In this document: piece by piece, positions 56,740 to 64,000 of the stretch
Layout: each line of letters begins with the position of its first letter
Position numbering within the stretch: the stretch's first letter is position 1
NCBI RefSeq assembly: GCF_009914755.1
Contig: NC_060925.1
Source: the human T2T-CHM13v2.0 reference genome, Homo sapiens
Length of the DNA: 64,000 bases
Direction: 5' to 3' (one strand)
Position numbers and translations under genes: made by a program
The notes under the pieces: generated by a model
What the model was told of the DNA's origin: nothing
Database searches by the model: none
Seen by the model: the letters and a program-made list of their open reading frames with translations, nothing else

Positions 56740-59700
56740 CTACCCAAAGTGGTCTACAGATTCATTGCTATTCCTATCAAAATACTAACGACATTCTTCA
56801 CAGAAATAGAAAAAAATTCCCCAAATTATATAAGATCCTGAATATCCAAAGCAACTCTGAGCCAAAAGAATACAAGTTACTATAGCTTTTTAGTATATTT
56901 TAATGTCAGGTAGTGGAAGCATAGTACCTGACATTAAAATATACTAAAACGGTATAGTAACCAAAGCAGAATGGTACTGGCATAAATGGAGACACATAGA
57001 TCAGTGGAACATAATAGAGAGCCCATAAATAAATTCATACATTCACAGCCAACTGATTTTAGACATAGGTGGCAAGAATACTCATTCAACAAGGACAGTC
57101 TTTTTAATAAATGGTGCTGCAAACACTAAATATTCACATGCAGAAGAATGAAACTAGACCCCTATCTCTCACCATATAAAAAATCTACTCAAAATGCATT
57201 AAAGACTTATATGTAAGACTTGAAACTTTGAAACTACTAGAAAACAAAAGAGAAATGCTGCATGACATAGGACTGGGCAAGGACTTTTTGAAATAGACTT
57301 CAAAGGCACAGGTAACAAAAGCAAAAATAGACAAATGGGATTACACCAAACTGAAAAGCTGCTGCACAGCAAAGGAACCAATCAGCAGAATTGGAGAACA
57401 TATTCACAAACTATACATGTGATAAGGGGTTAATATCAAAAATACATAGGGAACTCAAACTCAATAGCTAAAAAAACAAGCAACCCAACTAAAAAATAGT
57501 CAAAATCCCTGACTAGACATTTATCAAAAGAAGATATAAAACTTGCCAGCAGGTATATGACAAAATGCTTAATATCACCAATCATTAGGAAAATGCAAAT
57601 CAAAACAGTGAGATATTGCCTCACCCCTCTTAGAATGGCTATTATCAAAAAAACAAAAAACAAAAAACAAATACTAGTGAGAACACAGCTAATGGAGAAC
57701 TCTTATACACTGTTGGTAGGAGCATACATTAGTACAATGACTATGGAAAATAGTATGGAGGTTCTTCAAAAAACTAAAAATAGAAGTATCATATGATCCA
57801 GCAGTTCCACTACTGGGTGTTCATCCAAAGGAAATGAAATTAGTATTCAGAGACATCTGAACTCCCATGTTTGTTGCAGCACTATTCACAATAGCCAAGA
57901 AATGGAATAAACCTTTGTTCATCAATAGATGAATGGATAATGAAAATGTGGTATATATACACAATGGAATATTATGCAGAAATAAAATGGAATGAAATCT
58001 TGTCATTCGCTACAACATGGATGAGCTTGGAGAATGTTATATTAAGTGATATAAGCCAGGTACAGAAAGACAAATATTACATGTTATCTTGCATATATGG
58101 AAGCTAAAAAAGTTTGTCTCATAGAAGTAAAGAATAAAACAGTGGTTTCCAGAGGCTGGAGAGTGTTGGAGAAGGGAAATAGTCAGAGGTTGGTTAACAG
58201 ATACACAAATAGATAGGAGGAATAGGTAAGTTCTAGTGTTTTGTAGCACTGGGGAGTGACTATCATCAACAACAATTTGTTGCATGTTTTCAAATAGCTA
58301 GAAGAGTGGACTTTTAATGTATCTAACACAAGGGAATGGTAAATGTTTGAGGCGATGAATATTCTAATTATGCTATTGATCACTGTGCAATGTATATCTG
58401 TGTTGAAACATCATACTGTACCCCATAAATATGTATAATTATTATGTATTAATTACAAACAAAATAGAAAGTAAATTGATGTATCATTTTACATCCAGCA
58501 ATGTATGTAAATCCATCTGTAATCCACAAAGTTTCCAATTTCTCCTTATCTTTGCCAACCCTTTGCACTGTCTGTGTTTTTTATTATAGCCATCTGAATG
58601 GGTGTGAAATAGAATCTCATTAAATTCTTTATTTGTATTGCCCTGGTGGCCAAAGATGTTGTAAGATATTTTTAATATTTCTGGATACAAGTCCATAGCA
58701 GATATGTTATGTTATTTGCAAATATTTTATCTTACTCAGCGAATGTCTTTTCACTTTCTTGATGGTATACTTTGAAGCACAAAGTGGTTTATTTTTTCAA
58801 CTTTGATGTGGTTCAATCTTTCATTTTCTATCTGTATTTATTTGCTTCCTTTTTTTCCTTTTCTTATTATTTTTGGCTTATGCTCCTAGTGGCATATCTA
58901 AAACATCGTTGCCCAAGTTAAGGTTACAAAGGTTTACTCCCATCTTCTCTTTTAAGACATTTATAATTTTAATGCCTATGTTTAGATCTATGATCCATTT
59001 AAAGTTAATTTTTGTACATGGTGTGATGTAGAGATCCAACATCAATTTTTGAATGTAGATATATAGTTGTCCCAGCACCATTTTTTGAAAAGACTATTCT
59101 TTCCTCAATAAATTATCTTGGCACACTTGTCAAAAAGTTGTATTGCCTTGATCTAAATGTCTTTCATTATGCCAGTTTTCACATTGTCTTAATTACTGTA
59201 GCTTTGCAGTAAGTTTCAAATCAGGAACTGTGAGTTCTTCAAATTTGTTTTTATTTTTAAAGATCATTTGGTTGTTGGAAATCCCCTACATTCTATGTGG
59301 ACTTTAGGATCATCTTTTCCATTTCTGAAAAGAAAAAGCATTGAAATTTTGATAGGGATTGCTTGTATCTCTATATTGCTTTCAGTAGTAATATCATCTT
59401 AATTTTAAGTCACCCATTTTAAGAAAATGAGTGTCTTTCCATTTATTTAGATCTACTTTAATTCTTCAGTATAGAAGTCCTGTACTTCCTTCATTAAATT
59501 TATTCCTAGTTATTTTATTCTTTTTTGTTGCTATTATAAATAAAATTGTATTCTTAAATTATTTTCAAATTATTCGCTATATAATTGATTTTCAAATATT
59601 TGCGTATTTTTATACTTCTAGGAAAGTGTTCATTTCATCTAACATAAAATTTCTTTGCATATTGTTCATTGTATTCCTTTATCATCCTTTTTATTTCTGG

Positions 59701-59754
59701 AAATTTTGTGGTAATGTCCCCTGTTTCATTTCTGATTCTAGTAACCTGAGTCGC

Positions 59755-60004
59755 CTTCTTCTTCGTCGTCATCTTCTTCTTCTTCTTTTTCTTCTTCTTC
59801 TTCTTCTTCTTCTTCTTCTTCTTCTTCTTCTTCTTCTTCTTCCTCTTCCTCTTCTTTCTCTTCCTCCTCCTCCTCTTCCTCCTCTTCCTCTTCTTCTTCC
59901 TCCTCCTCCTCCTCTTCCACCTCCTCCTCCTTTTCTTCTTCTTCCTCCTCCTCCTCATCCTCTTCCTCCTCCTCATCTTCTTCTTTTCTACTTCTTTTTT
60001 TCTT
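59755..60004. repeat. (CTT)n/(CCT)n polypyrimidine tract, (GAA)n/(GAG)n on the LRRIQ3 sense strand
   Basis: About 250 nt, almost purely pyrimidine on +; uninterrupted (CTT)17 at 59791-59841. Confidence 0.97.
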
Positions 60005-60197
60005 AAGGTGGAAAGTTAGGTTATATATTTGAAGTATTTTTGCATTTTTAATACAGGTGCTTACAGATATAAATTTCATTCTCAGCACTGCTTTAGCTGA
60101 AACTCATAAGTTATTTTTGTTTTCACTTACCTATCTATATTTTCTAATGTCATTTGTAATTTTTTTCTCTGATCCATTGGTTATTGGAGAGAGTATA

Positions 60198-60312
60198 GCT
60201 GGGTGTGATGGTGCATGACTGTAGTCCCAGCTAATAGAGATCACTTAAGCCCAGGAGTTTGAGTTCACAGTGGGCAACATAGCAAGACCCTGTCACACAC
60301 ACACCAAAAAAA
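60198..60312 (+). mobile_element. FLAM-like Alu monomer
   Basis: GCTGGGTGTGATGGTGCATGACTGTAGTCCCAGCTA...GGGCAACATAGCAAGACCCTGTC. Confidence 0.75.
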
Positions 60313-60319
60313 GGTAGGA

Positions 60320-62745
<2,426 letters not shown>

Positions 62746-64000
62746 CGAGGAAGGGTGTTTCCTAATTTACACGTATTTGTATATTTGTGAGATTTCAAAA
62801 TTTTCTTCTATCATTTCTAATGTAATCTCATAATGAATAAAGAACATGTTTTGTATCATTTCCATCTTTTAAAATTTCTTGATTCTTTTCATAACGTGGT
62901 ATACTTGTATATGGTTTAAACTGGAAAATATTCCAAGCACACTTGAGAAGAATGTGTATTCTGCTATTGATGAGTGGTTTGTTCAATGTGGCTGCTTTAA
63001 ATTGTTGGTCAAATCTTCTAGGTCCATTTGGATCTTCTACCCATTCATTGAATCCTTTATTCAAAGTGGTGTATAAATGTCTCCAATTCTTATTGTTGCA
63101 TTGTCTATTTCTCTCTTCAATTCTGTCAGATTTTGCTTTCTGTCAATTTGGGGTTTCTATTGTTATGTGCATATATTTTTATATTTGTTATATATTCCTA
63201 AAGTGTTGACTCTTTCATTATTGTGACATGCCTCTCTTTATTTCTAGCAACACTGTTTTTTCATTTTAATTTTTTTGACTGACATTAATACAGTCCCTCC
63301 AGTTCTCTGATGATTGCTGTTTGCATGATATCATTTTCCATCATTTTAGTTTCAAATTACATGAAACTTTAAATCTAAAGTGTGTTTGCTTTAAAAAGTA
63401 TGTAGGTAGATTGTTTTTAAATTAAATCTGGCAATCTGTCTTTTGATTGGATCTTTATCAATTCACATTTAATTTTATCTTGATATGGTGTGTGAATATT
63501 TTCTGTGGCACCATTTTAATTATTTTAATAATTGTTTAATTTTATTTTTGAGCCATATTCTCAGGGGTCACTCTAGGGCTTGCAATAGATATATATCTTA
63601 AGTTATCAAAATGACACCAGATTTCCAGTAAATTCCAGTAAAATATGAAAACTTTACTCTTGCAAATGTCATTCCCCACTTTTGTGCATATTTAGATACT
63701 ATATATAATGTATAATGTCTATATATGGTAAAAATATTTTTGTAATTATACTGTATATATATTTAGAAAGTTGATGAAAAGTGGAGAGCAAGTATATATA
63801 GTCATAGAGCTTGTTATTATCTTTTTTATTTACCAATTTTTATCCTATTTCTTTCTGTAGGCTTGTTATCTTACATCATTTCATTACTCCAATATAGCTT
63901 TGTTACACCTGCCTCCTTTATGCTGTTATTACCAAATATATTACATTACTATATGTTATATGGCCAACAATATAATTATGTATACATATTGTTTTATTCA

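Noticed and set aside
59431-60088. Poly-Glu, poly-Lys/Arg and poly-Leu/Pro ORFs (116-191 aa)
   Set aside because: These are reading frames of the CTT/CCT microsatellite, which lacks stops; the flanks are decayed L1.

Overview
AT-rich, repeat-dense primate (human-like) genomic DNA with no prokaryotic features. The only host protein-coding sequence I can support is the 3' end of LRRIQ3 (LRRC44, leucine-rich repeat and IQ motif protein 3; recognised from memory of the protein's C-terminus) on the minus strand. It comprises a 721-nt penultimate exon (41535..40815) and a terminal exon (coding 26574..26418), with a poly(A) signal at ~25641. Everything right of 41535 is intron, and everything left of ~25620 is downstream intergenic DNA. 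The rest is transposon-derived: several primate L1s (two 3'-truncated, one twin-primed, one 5'-truncated, one internally deleted), older L1M/L2/MIR, Alus, a HERV-H LTR7 solo LTR, MaLR/ERV LTRs, DNA transposons and microsatellites. I do not see a convincing new biological system. The best leads are: (1) an L1-5'/Alu-3' composite inside one target-site duplication; (2) two complementary L1 halves bracketing the LRRIQ3 coding exon; (3) a sense-oriented LTR with CCAAT x3 plus TATA just upstream of that exon; (4) a sense-strand intronic (GAA)17-containing polypurine tract; (5) an ISRE in an old LTR. Repeat subfamily names come from recalled consensus motifs and need RepeatMasker/Dfam confirmation. 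Boundaries of old repeats are approximate.
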